A DNA stretch of 39,183 nucleotides from Actinomycetota bacterium. GTDB lineage: Bacteria > Actinomycetota > Actinomycetes > S36-B12 > UBA5976. Of the stretch, positions 7,584-18,387 are shown one piece after another. The stretch spans positions 1 through 39,183 of the forward strand of contig JBEBBT010000065.1 in the NCBI GenBank assembly GCA_041158245.1, read 5' to 3'. The position numbers and the translations under genes are program-made. The first letter of the stretch is position 1. Every line of letters starts with the position of its first letter. The notes under the pieces are model-generated. The model saw only the letters and a program-made list of their open reading frames with translations. It did no database searches and had not been told where the DNA came from.

Positions 7584-10073
7584 TTATTCGGCTTTACCTA
7601 AATCAACGACTGATAAATCGCCGAAATCAGTCTTTGGTGAACCTGTGAACGTGAACTCTGCAGTTGCACCTTCACCAACTACATCCACGAGCACAATTTC
7701 GCTTGGCTTTACTTCACCAAACAACATCTTCTCGCTTAGGACATCTTCGATTTCACGTTGAATTGTGCGACGAAGAGGTCGAGCGCCATTTGACTGGTCA
7801 TAACCCTTAATCGCCAAAGCATTCTTTGCAGCTTGGGTAAGTTCAATACCCATGTCTTTGTCGCGAAGACGTTCGTCAAGTTTGGCAATCATCAGATCAA
7901 CAATCTGAATGATTTCTTCTTGGCTCAACATGTGGAAGACGATGGTGTCATCAATGCGGTTTAGGAATTCAGGCTTAAAGTGATCCTTCAGCGCAGTGTT
8001 GACCTTCTTCTTCATTGAGTCATACCAGTTGTCATCGGTGCCAGTGAAGCCGAGGTTTTGACCCTTTGCTGCATCACGTGTACCAAGGTTGGTAGTCATA
8101 ATGATTACAGTGTTCTTGAAGTCAACCATTCGGCCTTGAGCATCTGTCAGACGACCTTCATCCAAAATTTGCAATAGTGAGTTGAAAATATCTGGATGCG
8201 CTTTTTCGATTTCGTCGAAAAGAATCACACTGAATGGCTTGCGACGAACGCGTTCAGTTAATTGACCGCCTTCTTCGTATCCAACGTACCCTGGAGGTGC
8301 ACCGAATAGTCGAGAAACTGTGTGCTTCTCAGCGTATTCGCTCATATCTAAAGTGATAAGCGCATCTTCATCGCCGAATAGGAACTCAGCTAAAGTTTTT
8401 GAAAGCTCTGTCTTACCAACACCGGAAGGGCCAGCGAAGATGAATGAGCCACCTGGGCGTTTTGGATCTTGCAATCCGGCACGTGAACGGCGAATTGATT
8501 TCGAGATCGCTGCAATCGCATCTTTCTGACCAATCACACGCTTGTGAAGTTCATCTTCCATCTTGAGCAAGCGAGCAGATTCTTCTTCAGAAATTTGCAC
8601 AACTGGAATACCGGTTGCAATCGCAAGAACTTCTGCGACCAAACCTTCGCCAACTTCAGCCACCATATCTAGGTCGCCAGATTTCCATTCTTTTTCTTTA
8701 ATGGATTTCTGCTCAATGAGTTTCTTTTCTTGGTCGCGCAGTTGTGCGGCCTTTTCAAAATCTTGTGCATCGATTGCCGATTCTTTTTCTTTGCGAGCTG
8801 CAGCAATTGCATCATCGAATGCGCGAAGCTCTGGTGGAGCTGTCATTCGACGAATACGCAAACGAGCACCCGCCTCATCAATCAAGTCGATTGCTTTGTC
8901 TGGCAATTGACGATCGTTGATGTAACGATCTGCGAGCGTTGAGGCAGCCACAAGCGCACCATCAGTGATGGTTACGCGATGGTGCTGTTCGTAACGGTCG
9001 CGCAAACCTTTGAGAATTTCAATGGTTTCAGCAACTGTCGGTTCATTGACCTGAATAGGTTGGAAACGACGTTCAAGTGCAGCATCTTTTTCGATGTATT
9101 TGCGGTATTCGTCGTAAGTAGTGGCTCCCACCATTTGGAGTTCGCCGCGCGCAAGCATTGGCTTCAAGATTGAAGCTGCGTCAATTGCGCCTTCAGCAGC
9201 ACCTGCGCCAACCAAAGTGTGAATTTCGTCGATGAAAAGAATGATGTCGCCTCGGGTGCGAATTTCTTTCAGCACTTTCTTCAAACGCTCTTCGAAATCA
9301 CCACGGTAACGAGATCCGGCAACAAGCGCACCAAGATCTAGTGAATAAAGTTGCTTATCTTTCAAAGTTTCTGGAACATCATCGTGATAAATCATTTGCG
9401 CCAAACCTTCAACGCAAGCTGATTTACCAACGCCTGGTTCACCAACTAATACTGGATTGTTTTTGGTTCGACGAGAAAGCACCTGCATCACGCGTTCGAT
9501 TTCATTCTTACGCCCAATAACCGGATCAAGTTTTCCTTCACGTGCAGCCTGTGTCAGGTTACGACCGAATTGATCGAGCACTAGCGAGGTTGACGGAGTT
9601 CCTTCTTGATTGTTTCCTTGCTGTGGTTCTTTTCCTTGATAACCAGAAACAAGTTGAATAACTTGCTGACGAACTCGGCCCAAATCTGCGCCAAGCTTTT
9701 CAAGAATTTTTACAGCAACGCCTTCACCTTCACGCATCAATCCGAGCAAGATGTGTTCGGTTCCGATGTAATTGTGTCCGAGTTGCAACGCTTCACGAAG
9801 TGAAAGTTCTAAAACTTTTTTCGCGCGAGGAGTAAATGGAATATGACCAGAAGTTGGGTTCTGTCCCTGACCAATAGTCTCTTCAACTTGGGCGCGAACC
9901 GCAGTGAGAGAAATGCCCATTGATTCAAGCGCCTTTGCTGCAACGCCTTCACCTTCATGGATGAGGCCGAGCAAAATGTGCTCAGTACCGATGTAGTTGT
10001 GATTCAACATGCGGGCTTCGTCCTGAGCCAACACCACTACTCGGCGTGCTCGGTCGGTAAACCGTTCAAACAT
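7584..10073 (-). CDS. clpC: ATP-dependent Clp protease ATP-binding subunit ClpC1
   Basis: It has N-terminal Clp repeats ([13 protein letters not shown]...), two AAA+ modules (GEPGVGKS and GPSGVGKT) and a middle UVR-like coiled coil. The ATG at 10073 has GGAGGG upstream. The 40-codon extension in the track has no support. Confidence 0.96.
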   Translation of the reverse strand: MFERFTDRARRVVVLAQDEARMLNHNYIGTEHILLGLIHEGEGVAAKALESMGISLTAVRAQVEETIGQGQNPTSGHIPFTPRAKKVLELSLREALQLGHNYIGTEHILLGLMREGEGVAVKILEKLGADLGRVRQQVIQLVSGYQGKEPQQGNNQEGTPSTSLVLDQFGRNLTQAAREGKLDPVIGRKNEIERVMQVLSRRTKNNPVLVGEPGVGKSACVEGLAQMIYHDDVPETLKDKQLYSLDLGALVAGSRYRGDFEERLKKVLKEIRTRGDIILFIDEIHTLVGAGAAEGAIDAASILKPMLARGELQMVGATTYDEYRKYIEKDAALERRFQPIQVNEPTVAETIEILKGLRDRYEQHHRVTITDGALVAASTLADRYINDRQLPDKAIDLIDEAGARLRIRRMTAPPELRAFDDAIAAARKEKESAIDAQDFEKAAQLRDQEKKLIEQKSIKEKEWKSGDLDMVAEVGEGLVAEVLAIATGIPVVQISEEESARLLKMEDELHKRVIGQKDAIAAISKSIRRSRAGLQDPKRPGGSFIFAGPSGVGKTELSKTLAEFLFGDEDALITLDMSEYAEKHTVSRLFGAPPGYVGYEEGGQLTERVRRKPFSVILFDEIEKAHPDIFNSLLQILDEGRLTDAQGRMVDFKNTVIIMTTNLGTRDAAKGQNLGFTGTDDNWYDSMKKKVNTALKDHFKPEFLNRIDDTIVFHMLSQEEIIQIVDLMIAKLDERLRDKDMGIELTQAAKNALAIKGYDQSNGARPLRRTIQREIEDVLSEKMLFGEVKPSEIVLVDVVGEGATAEFTFTGSPKTDFGDLSVVDLGKAE

Positions 10074-10224
10074 GAGATTTCCCTCCTGATTATGCGACTT
10101 AAGCCTATTGCCCTGACCTGAAAGTTGCCTCCCGCAAGTTTGAGAGTAGTTCACGCTCAAACAAGCCTGCCCACTATCTGAAACTGGCAACATGGCTGTA
10201 ACTAAGAGTGATTACCTTTAGCCC

Positions 10225-12954
10225 GTGTCTGAAATGCCTCTTTCTAAGAATTCTGTGGATGCGGACCTCCGTGCGGAGATCCGTCGTCTAGGCATTTTTC
10301 TAGGCCAAACCCTGCAAGAGGTCGAGGGTCAAGAGCTTTTCGACAAGGTGGAACGGATTCGCCACTTGGTGCGCGAAAATCCTGAAAAGGCCTCGGTTGA
10401 ACTTGGTGAATTGAATTTGCACGACGCTATGCGCGTATCACGTGCATTTAGCACCTACTTCAACTTGGCAAACGTTGCTGAGCAGGTTTATCGCGCCAAA
10501 GAACTTTCACAAGACCGCATTGCCACTGGTGGTGCGTTGACTCGTGCCGCCCACAACATTCGCGATGCGGCAATTCCGGCCCGCGAAATCGCAACCTGTT
10601 TAAGCCGCATGAACACCCGACCGGTTTTTACCGCTCACCCAACCGAAGCAGCTAGACGAAGTGTGCTTTTGAAAATTCGTCGCATAGCAGACTTGCTAAC
10701 CCAAACTGAAGACACTCATCGCAATCGCCGATTGAAAGAAGCAGTTGCGCTTTTGTGGCAAACCGATGAATTGCGATTGTCGCGACCAGAAGTTTTGGAT
10801 GAAGCTAGAAATGCTTTGTACTTCCTCGATGCACTTTCTCAAGGTCCGCTTGCATCGATTCTCGATGAACTTGAGCACGAGATGCAAGAAATCGGCGCTG
10901 AATTTCCAGTCGATGCCACCCCATTAACTTTTGGTTCTTGGATCGGTGGTGATCGAGATGGAAATCCGTTTGTAACTCCAGAAGTGACTTCACGTGTTAT
11001 CTCCATGCAACGAGACCACGCAATTCGAAATCTACTGACTCACTTGGATCGCGTAATCGAAGATCTTTCAATTTCAGAACGAATTGTCGATGGTGATCGC
11101 GATGAGGTTTTGTGGAAGCAAATTGAAGCCGACTTAGACAATTTGCCAGAACTTGATCGACGCTACTTGCGAATTAATGCTGAAGAACCTTGGCGTTTGA
11201 AACTTACTTGTGTGCGACAAAAATTGGTTAACACTCGAGCTCGACTCTCAAATCGCTCCCACCATGTTTCAGGTCACGATTACCTAACCAATGAAGAATT
11301 ACTAACTGACTTAAATCAAGTTAGTGATTCATTGGCACGGCTAGACCACAAAAATGGCGTAGCGGCAGACATCTTTAAGCGTTTCATCCGTTTGGTTCGC
11401 GCAACTGGTTTGAATTTGGCCACTTTGGATGTTCGCGAACATTCTGAAAAACTCCATCACACAGTTGCAAATCTTTTGGATGGCAAAGTTGATGGTAATT
11501 ACGCAAAAATGCCGTTGGCAGACAAATCAATTGAACTAACCGCAATATTGTCAACCGAAAATGCCAGAGAATTCGATGAATCTAAATTTGACGAAGTTAC
11601 TCAGGCAACTTTTGGTGCATTTAAAGCAATCGTTGATGTTCAAAAGAATTTTGGAAAGTCGGTAGTTGAGACTTACATCATTTCAATGACTAAGAGTGCA
11701 GAAGATGTTCTTGCGGCTGCAGCGCTTGGTCGAGAAGCTGGGCTAATCGATATCAGCCAAAACAAAGCGGACATTGGGTTTGCACCTTTGCTCGAAACAG
11801 TTGATGAACTTCGCCGTGCTGGTGAAATTCTTGATCAGTTACTTTCAAATCCGGTTTATCGCCAATTGGTTCGCCTGCGTAATGACGAGCAAGAAGTAAT
11901 GCTCGGCTATTCAGATAGCAACAAAGATGCTGGTATCACTACCTCGCAATGGGAAATCCATTTGGCCCAACGAAATTTGCGCGACGTTGCAGCACACCAC
12001 GGAGTTCGCTTACGTTTATTCCACGGCCGCGGTGGAACTGTTGGTCGCGGTGGTGGCCCAACTTTTGAAGCAATCATGTCCCAACCTTGGGGCGTACTTG
12101 ATGGCGAAATCAAAATTACTGAACAAGGTGAAGTTATTTCTGACAAATACCTTTTGCCTTCGCTCGCTCGTGCAAACTTGCGATTGACTCTAGCTGCGGT
12201 ATTGGAAGCAACTTTGTTGCACCGCCAGCCACGTCAATTCGGAGATGTTTTAAATCGCTGGGATGAAGTGATGCAAACTGCATCAGATGCGGCCTTTGCA
12301 AAATACCGCAAATTAATTGACGACAAAGAATTGCCTCGATACTTCGCGCTTTCGACCCCAGTAGAAGAGCTTTCAAATGTTCACATGGGCTCCCGTCCAG
12401 CGCGACGACCAGACACATCTGCAGGCATCGATGGTTTACGTGCGATTCCATGGGTGTTCGGTTGGACTCAGTCACGCCAGATCGTGCCTGGTTGGTACGG
12501 AGTAGGTAGCGCACTTAAAGCTGCTCGCGAAGCCGGGGCTGGTGAAACCTTAGTGCAGATGTACTCAGAGTGGCACTTCTTCAAGAACTTTATTTCCAAT
12601 GTCGAAATGACATTGGCAAAAACCGATATGAACGTTGCCGCCCACTATGTTGAAAACTTAGTTCCAACTGAACTTCATCGAATTTTTGAAGATATCAAAG
12701 AGGAATTTGCACTCACTGTAAATGAAATTAAATTAATAACTGAAGGTTACAGTTTGCTCGAACATAACCAACCGCTTGCAGCAACTTTGCAAGTTCGAGA
12801 CTTCTATCTGTTGCCATTGCAATTCTTACAAGTTTCATTGCTCAAGCGCATCCGTGAAAAGCGAGTTACCGATCCGGAAAATGATCCAGAATTGAGCCGT
12901 GCACTTTCGTTAACTATTAACGGAATTGCAAACGGACTTCGCAATACTGGCTGA
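10225..12954 (+). CDS. ppc: phosphoenolpyruvate carboxylase
   Basis: 909 aa with Ppc signatures VFTAHPTE, GYSDSNKDAG and FHGRGGTVGRGGGP, and a C-terminal NTG. The start is either GTG at 10225 or ATG at 10234. Confidence 0.95.
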   Translation: MSEMPLSKNSVDADLRAEIRRLGIFLGQTLQEVEGQELFDKVERIRHLVRENPEKASVELGELNLHDAMRVSRAFSTYFNLANVAEQVYRAKELSQDRIATGGALTRAAHNIRDAAIPAREIATCLSRMNTRPVFTAHPTEAARRSVLLKIRRIADLLTQTEDTHRNRRLKEAVALLWQTDELRLSRPEVLDEARNALYFLDALSQGPLASILDELEHEMQEIGAEFPVDATPLTFGSWIGGDRDGNPFVTPEVTSRVISMQRDHAIRNLLTHLDRVIEDLSISERIVDGDRDEVLWKQIEADLDNLPELDRRYLRINAEEPWRLKLTCVRQKLVNTRARLSNRSHHVSGHDYLTNEELLTDLNQVSDSLARLDHKNGVAADIFKRFIRLVRATGLNLATLDVREHSEKLHHTVANLLDGKVDGNYAKMPLADKSIELTAILSTENAREFDESKFDEVTQATFGAFKAIVDVQKNFGKSVVETYIISMTKSAEDVLAAAALGREAGLIDISQNKADIGFAPLLETVDELRRAGEILDQLLSNPVYRQLVRLRNDEQEVMLGYSDSNKDAGITTSQWEIHLAQRNLRDVAAHHGVRLRLFHGRGGTVGRGGGPTFEAIMSQPWGVLDGEIKITEQGEVISDKYLLPSLARANLRLTLAAVLEATLLHRQPRQFGDVLNRWDEVMQTASDAAFAKYRKLIDDKELPRYFALSTPVEELSNVHMGSRPARRPDTSAGIDGLRAIPWVFGWTQSRQIVPGWYGVGSALKAAREAGAGETLVQMYSEWHFFKNFISNVEMTLAKTDMNVAAHYVENLVPTELHRIFEDIKEEFALTVNEIKLITEGYSLLEHNQPLAATLQVRDFYLLPLQFLQVSLLKRIREKRVTDPENDPELSRALSLTINGIANGLRNTG

Positions 12955-12955
12955 T

Positions 12956-13477
12956 TTACAAAAATCGCAACATGCGAGTGTTGCCTAAAGTATTTGGCTT
13001 CACTCTTTCAAGCCCAAGCATTTCGGCAACACCTTCGTCATAAGACTCAAGAAGTTGTTCATAAACTTTCACATCAACTGGTGCATCATCGATAGCTTCA
13101 AAGCCATGGCGTTGGAAGAATGATGTTTCAAAAGTCAAACAAAAAACGCGGCTAATGCCTAACGCGCGAGCTCGGTCTAAAAGTAATTCCAAGATGGTTC
13201 CACCTAGACCCGAATGTCGAAGGTCTGGTGAAATTGCCAGAGTTCGAACTTCCGCCAAGTCTTCCCACATCACATGAAGTGCTCCACAACCAACAACTTC
13301 ATTGTCTTTAATCGCCACTATGAACTCTTGCACGGATTCGTAAAGCGTGACCGTTGGTTTAGCAAGCAATCGACCATCGCCTGAATAGGTGTCGATTAAC
13401 TGGCTAATGCCTCGCACATCGTGGGTGTTTGCAGATCTAATCAAAACGCCATTTGGCAAAGTGATTTCTTGCTTCAT
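12956..13477 (-). CDS. argA: amino-acid N-acetyltransferase (short single-domain N-acetylglutamate synthase type, Rv2747-like)
   Basis: 173-aa GNAT. Blocks TLYESVQEF, GCGALHV, RVFCLTFET.FF.RHGF and VKPNTLGNTRML resemble the mycobacterial short-form ArgA as I recall it. Its start overlaps the lysS stop (TAATG). Confidence 0.65.
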   Translation of the reverse strand: MKQEITLPNGVLIRSANTHDVRGISQLIDTYSGDGRLLAKPTVTLYESVQEFIVAIKDNEVVGCGALHVMWEDLAEVRTLAISPDLRHSGLGGTILELLLDRARALGISRVFCLTFETSFFQRHGFEAIDDAPVDVKVYEQLLESYDEGVAEMLGLERVKPNTLGNTRMLRFL

Positions 13478-14985
13478 TAATTTTGGCGTTCTGGCTTTAC
13501 TAATGGGAAAAGAATGGTTTCGCGAATGCCAAGTCCGGTTAGGGCCATGAGCAATCTGTCGATACCCATACCTACACCACCCATTGGTGGTGCACCGTAT
13601 TCGAGTGCACGTAAGAAATCTTCATCCATACGCATAGCTTCGGCATCGCCGCGTGCACCCAATGATGCCTGCTCAACCAAACGCTGGCGCTGAATTACAG
13701 GGTCGATCAATTCAGAATAACCCGTTGCTAATTCAAAACCGTCCACATATAAATCCCATTTTTCAACTACACCTGCTTCGTACCGGTGGTCGCGGACTAG
13801 AGGTGAAGTATCCACTGGGAAGTCGCGGACAAAAGTTGGTGAATCAAAAGTAGAAATCACATAATGTTCAAAAAGTTCTTCGATGTATTTTCCGTGTACC
13901 CAAGTTTTCTCGGGCTTCATCTCGACTGCAGCTGCAAGTTTTTGTAAATGCTCAATCGGTGTGGCCGGCGTGATTTCTTCACCGATAGCTTCTGATAAAG
14001 CCGGGAACATAGAAACGGATTTCCATTCGCCGCCTAGATTGTGAACAGTTCCATCGAGATGCGTCACTTCGAGTGTGCCACAAACGGATAGAGCGGCATT
14101 CTGAATTAATTCCTGGGTGAAGTTAGCCATGTCGTTGTAGTCGGCATAAGACTGATAGAACTCAAGCATTGCAAACTCTGGTGAGTGCGTTGAATCTGCA
14201 CCTTCATTGCGGAAATTTCGATTGATTTCATAAACCCGTTCAATGCCACCCACCACACAACGCTTTAGAAAAAGTTCCGGTGCGATGCGTAGGAAAAGTT
14301 CAATGTCAAAAGCATTCGAATGTGTTTTGAAAGGTCGTGCAGCCGCTCCTCCATGAAGTGTCTGCAACATCGGAGTTTCAACTTCAACAAAATCGTAGTT
14401 AGAAAAAGTGTTTCGCAAAGACTGCATGACCTTTGGACGCATACGCGCCATCTCTCTAGCTTCAGGACGCACAATTAGATCAACATATCGTTGTCGAACT
14501 CGAGTTTCTTCTGAAAGAGGTTTGTGTGCGACTGGTAGTGGGCGCAAGGCCTTACTCACCATTTGCCAGGAATCACAAAGAATTGAAAGTTCGCCGCGAC
14601 GTGAAGAAATTACTTCACCGGTTACGCCAACAAAGTCGCCGATATCAACAGTCGACTTCCAGCCTTCAAGTGCTTCTTCCCCGACTTTGTCGAAACTAAT
14701 CATCGCTTGAATTTCGGTGCCGTCTCCGTCTCGCAACGACGCAAAGCAAAGTTTTCCAGTGTTTCGGACGAAAATTACGCGACCAGAAACCGAGTGAATA
14801 ACACCTGTGGTGTCATCTGCATTCAAATTTGGAAACGCGGCACGAACTTGACCGATTGTGGCGGTGCGATTGAAATTAACTGGATACGGTTCAAGGCCTT
14901 GCTCAATAAGTCGTTCACGTTTTGAATGACGCACCTGCATTTGTTCTGGCAGGTCATCTACTTCGGTTTTTGGCGTATCAGTCAC
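13477..14985 (-). CDS. lysS: lysine--tRNA ligase (class II)
   Basis: 502 aa. It has an OB anticodon-binding N-domain and class II motifs ([15 protein letters not shown]). Confidence 0.95.
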   Translation of the reverse strand: MTDTPKTEVDDLPEQMQVRHSKRERLIEQGLEPYPVNFNRTATIGQVRAAFPNLNADDTTGVIHSVSGRVIFVRNTGKLCFASLRDGDGTEIQAMISFDKVGEEALEGWKSTVDIGDFVGVTGEVISSRRGELSILCDSWQMVSKALRPLPVAHKPLSEETRVRQRYVDLIVRPEAREMARMRPKVMQSLRNTFSNYDFVEVETPMLQTLHGGAAARPFKTHSNAFDIELFLRIAPELFLKRCVVGGIERVYEINRNFRNEGADSTHSPEFAMLEFYQSYADYNDMANFTQELIQNAALSVCGTLEVTHLDGTVHNLGGEWKSVSMFPALSEAIGEEITPATPIEHLQKLAAAVEMKPEKTWVHGKYIEELFEHYVISTFDSPTFVRDFPVDTSPLVRDHRYEAGVVEKWDLYVDGFELATGYSELIDPVIQRQRLVEQASLGARGDAEAMRMDEDFLRALEYGAPPMGGVGMGIDRLLMALTGLGIRETILFPLVKPERQN

Positions 14986-15023
14986 AGGCTGAGCCTACCG
15001 AGAGCCATTATGAACTCGAGTGA

Positions 15024-15785
15024 TTACCCAATATTGCGTTCGTAGACCATTCGCAATCCATGCAAGGTTAAATCTGGATCATGATGTGTAATGGTCTGAG
15101 ATTCGCGCACCACAATCGATGCCAAACCACCGGTGGCAATTACCGCTTTCACTGGTTCTCCTAATTCGGCAATGATTCTTTCGACTAACCCATCAACTTG
15201 TCCGGCGAATCCATAGATTGCACCTGATTGCAGTGCTTCAACTGTGTTCTTACCAATCACGTTCTTGGGTTTTACTAATTCCACTTTACGAAGTTGAGCA
15301 GCACGTGATGCCAAGGCCTCAATAGAAATTTCTACACCTGGAGCGAGTGCGCCACCAAGGAATTCACCTTTTGCAGAAATCACATCTAAGTTGGTCGAGG
15401 TTCCGAAATCAACCACAATTGCAGGACCACCGTAAATAGTGAATGCCGCTAGAGAATTTACGATTCGATCCGCACCAACTTCTTTTGGATTATCGGTCAA
15501 AATCGGGACACCAGTTTTTGTACCTGGTTCAACCACTACATGCGGAATTCCTGCGTAATACTTTTCCAACATAGTTCGCATTTCGCGCAAAACAGCTGGG
15601 ACAGTAGAGCAAAGCGAAATACCATCAACCTCAGAAGTGTCTGCAAGTAAACCTTGAAATTTCAAAGCTAATTCATCTGCTGTTGTTCGTGAATCAGTGG
15701 CAATCCGAAATGATTCGACTAACTCTTCGCCATCAAATAGTCCAATTACGATATTTGTATTTCCAACGTCAATGCAAAGCAACAT
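15024..15785 (-). CDS. coaX: type III pantothenate kinase
   Basis: 253 aa with N-terminal LLCIDVGNTN and an ASKHA fold pattern (DFGTSTN, ATGGLA). Confidence 0.92.
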   Translation of the reverse strand: MLLCIDVGNTNIVIGLFDGEELVESFRIATDSRTTADELALKFQGLLADTSEVDGISLCSTVPAVLREMRTMLEKYYAGIPHVVVEPGTKTGVPILTDNPKEVGADRIVNSLAAFTIYGGPAIVVDFGTSTNLDVISAKGEFLGGALAPGVEISIEALASRAAQLRKVELVKPKNVIGKNTVEALQSGAIYGFAGQVDGLVERIIAELGEPVKAVIATGGLASIVVRESQTITHHDPDLTLHGLRMVYERNIG

Positions 15786-16705
15786 TAGTTGGCCTCCAAT
15801 GTTTGCAAGTCTGCACCTATGTCCAAAATTGAAGTTGAGTGCGTTATCGCCCCAACTGCTAAATAGTCAACGCCAGTTTCGCCGTATGCACGTGCGACGT
15901 CGATAGTTAAACCACCGCTAGCCTCTAGTTTTGCGCGGTTTGAATTAATTTCAACAGCTTGTTTTACTTCTTCTACACTGAAGTTGTCGAGCAGTACTAA
16001 ATCCGCCCCTGCATTGATTACTTCTTGAAGTTGTTCTAGGGAGTCGACTTCAACTTCGACTGCCAACTCAGGAAACTTTTTGCGAACGGCTTCAAAAGCG
16101 TTCACTACGCCGCCGGCTGCAACAATGTGATTGTCTTTTACTAGTGCTGCATCAGAAAGCGACATGCGGTGATTGGTTCCGCCACCACACACAACTGCAT
16201 ACTTTTCTAACCGGCGTAGCCCTGGAGTGGTTTTGCGGGTGTCTCTAACTTTGGTGTTGGTGCCTTCAAGAACTTTAACCCACTTGTTTGTCGCCGTTGC
16301 GATTCCAGATAGGTGACACAAAATATTTAGCGCAGTTCGCTCAGCGGTTAAAAGCGCAAAAGTCGGTCCCTCAATTTTCATGATCACTTCGCCAGCATTA
16401 ACTTCCATGCCGTCAGCAATCAAGATTTCAACTTTGGCTTCGGACTGCGAAACCAAATCAAAAACAGCGCCAGCAACAGTTCCACCAGCCACAACTCCAG
16501 CTTTGCGAGCCCGCAATTCCATCAATGATTTGTGAGTGCTGGGGATAGTTGCAGCAGTTGTAACGTCGACTCCGCCATCCAAGTCCTCAGCTAAACAGCG
16601 CTTAATTAGGTCCATAACCTCATCGAGCACAAGTCCCTGAGCTCGCAATGGCACCGCAAAGTCAGTGCTGATCACACTTGGTAACCAATGTGGAGTTTTG
16701 GCCAT
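15785..16705 (-). CDS. nadC: nicotinate-nucleotide diphosphorylase (quinolinate phosphoribosyltransferase)
   Basis: 306 aa. Blocks RKTTPGLR, GGGTNHR and LLDNF are typical of NadC. It has 1-nt overlaps with nadB and coaX. Confidence 0.92.
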   Translation of the reverse strand: MAKTPHWLPSVISTDFAVPLRAQGLVLDEVMDLIKRCLAEDLDGGVDVTTAATIPSTHKSLMELRARKAGVVAGGTVAGAVFDLVSQSEAKVEILIADGMEVNAGEVIMKIEGPTFALLTAERTALNILCHLSGIATATNKWVKVLEGTNTKVRDTRKTTPGLRRLEKYAVVCGGGTNHRMSLSDAALVKDNHIVAAGGVVNAFEAVRKKFPELAVEVEVDSLEQLQEVINAGADLVLLDNFSVEEVKQAVEINSNRAKLEASGGLTIDVARAYGETGVDYLAVGAITHSTSILDIGADLQTLEAN

Positions 16706-18387
16706 TACAACACTTCCTTTGTGTCTGGAACTTGTGGAACAGGTTCAAAAGCAACTTTTAGATTTCCAGTTGGATCGCTATTTATTAAAACTCGTTTTAG
16801 CCAGGAGTTATCAGCATTTGGAAAATCTTCTCGCCAATGCGAGCCACGAGTTTCTTCTCTAGTTGACGCGGCTAACGCAATTGCGGTTGCAACTGTGTGC
16901 AAATTAGAGGTTTCCCAATTCTTTGTATTTGGCTGTAACCCTGAATTTGAAACATTTAGAGGCGCTAATTCATCTATTGCTGCCTGAGTGGATGTAGCGC
17001 TTCGTAGAACTCCAACATTGCGGGTCATAGTGTTTTGAATTTTGCTTCTTGAGTCATTGCTCAACAACACTTCAATGCCCTTTGATGTCACATAAGGTTT
17101 TCGCTCTGGTAAACCTAAAGCAAGAAATGCTCCGATGCGTTCTGCAAACACCAATCCTTCGAGCAGTGAATTACTTGCAAGACGGTTGGCGCCGTGAACA
17201 CCAGTGCAAGCAACTTCACCGCAAGCAAATAAACCTGGGATGCTGGTTCGTCCATACAAATCTGTGCGAATACCGCCAGAGTGATAATGCTGAGCTGGTG
17301 CAACTGGAATCAAATCAGTTCGTGGATCAATTCCAAAACCAAGTAGTACATTGAAAATTGTTGGGAAACGCGCTTGCCATTCGTCACCAAGTTTGCGGGC
17401 ATCTAGCCAAACATGTGAGAGGTTCTTTTCAATCATTTTTTTCATGATTGCAATTGAAACAATATCGCGAGGAGCCAAATCCGCTTGTGGATGAACTCCT
17501 TGCATAAATCGCTTTCCTTCATCATCAACCAAGAAAGCGCCTTCGCCACGAACGGCTTCACTTATCAATGGTTGTTGACCTTTGGCTTCGCTTCCCAAAA
17601 ATAGAACCGTTGGATGGAACTGAATAAATTCCAAATCGGCCAAAGTCGCACCAGCCCGAAGTGCTAAAGCGATGCCATCACCTGTAGCAACTTTTGGATT
17701 TGTAGATTGTGAGAAAATTTGACCGATGCCACCGGTTGCCAAAATAACTGCTGGCGCGAGCACCGCCCCAACTCCGTCATGCATTCCTTGCCCCATGACG
17801 TGCAATGTGACACCTTGTGCTGCGCCTGTCTCGTCTTGCAATAAATCAAGGACTAAAGCATTTTCAATTAGCTGAATGTTTGGATCATTCGCAATTGCAT
17901 CAACAAGTGCACGTGAAATTTCTGCACCAGTTGCATCTCCACCAGCGTGTGCAATGCGATCGCGATGATGACCACCTTCACGCGTTAGTGCGATTGCTCC
18001 AGTTGAAGTTTTATCAAAATTTGCTCCGCGTGAAATCAAACGGCGAATTGCATTCGGCCCTTCAACCACTAAGACTCTTGCAGCTGCCGAATCGCAAAGT
18101 CCTGCACCAGCAACGATTGTGTCTCGCCAGTGCTCATCTGGAGAATCATTTGGATCCAGAGCAGCAGCGATTCCGCCCTGCGCCCATCGAGTTGAACCAT
18201 CATCAACTTGCGCTTTGGTTACCAGAATTACTTTGTAACCACTAATGCGAGCCTGAATTGCTGCGGTTAGGCCAGCAACTCCACTGCCGATAACAATTAC
18301 ATCAGTTTCTGCAAACCAGCCAGGCTCAGCTGCGGTGAGTTTGGTGCCGATTCGAGCGGTACTAGACATTGATTGCACCCAACTCAC
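16705..18387 (-). CDS. nadB: L-aspartate oxidase
   Basis: 560 aa. It has FAD-binding VIVIGSGVAGL and a succinate-dehydrogenase/fumarate-reductase flavoprotein-like core (HYHSGGI, GANRLASNSLLE). The alternative ATG at 18369 would reduce the overlap with panC. Confidence 0.92.
   Translation of the reverse strand: MSWVQSMSSTARIGTKLTAAEPGWFAETDVIVIGSGVAGLTAAIQARISGYKVILVTKAQVDDGSTRWAQGGIAAALDPNDSPDEHWRDTIVAGAGLCDSAAARVLVVEGPNAIRRLISRGANFDKTSTGAIALTREGGHHRDRIAHAGGDATGAEISRALVDAIANDPNIQLIENALVLDLLQDETGAAQGVTLHVMGQGMHDGVGAVLAPAVILATGGIGQIFSQSTNPKVATGDGIALALRAGATLADLEFIQFHPTVLFLGSEAKGQQPLISEAVRGEGAFLVDDEGKRFMQGVHPQADLAPRDIVSIAIMKKMIEKNLSHVWLDARKLGDEWQARFPTIFNVLLGFGIDPRTDLIPVAPAQHYHSGGIRTDLYGRTSIPGLFACGEVACTGVHGANRLASNSLLEGLVFAERIGAFLALGLPERKPYVTSKGIEVLLSNDSRSKIQNTMTRNVGVLRSATSTQAAIDELAPLNVSNSGLQPNTKNWETSNLHTVATAIALAASTREETRGSHWREDFPNADNSWLKRVLINSDPTGNLKVAFEPVPQVPDTKEVL

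Noticed and set aside
10074-10193. N-terminal extensions given by the ORF track for several genes: clpC (10074-10193), pstS (35158-35241), purA (33970-33984), radA (5375-5404), the aminotransferase (31998-32057) and bldC (20391-20423).
   Set aside because: Internal ATGs coincide with the conserved family N-termini and have clear Shine-Dalgarno sequences. The extensions start at weak codons, lack an SD, or overlap neighbouring genes.
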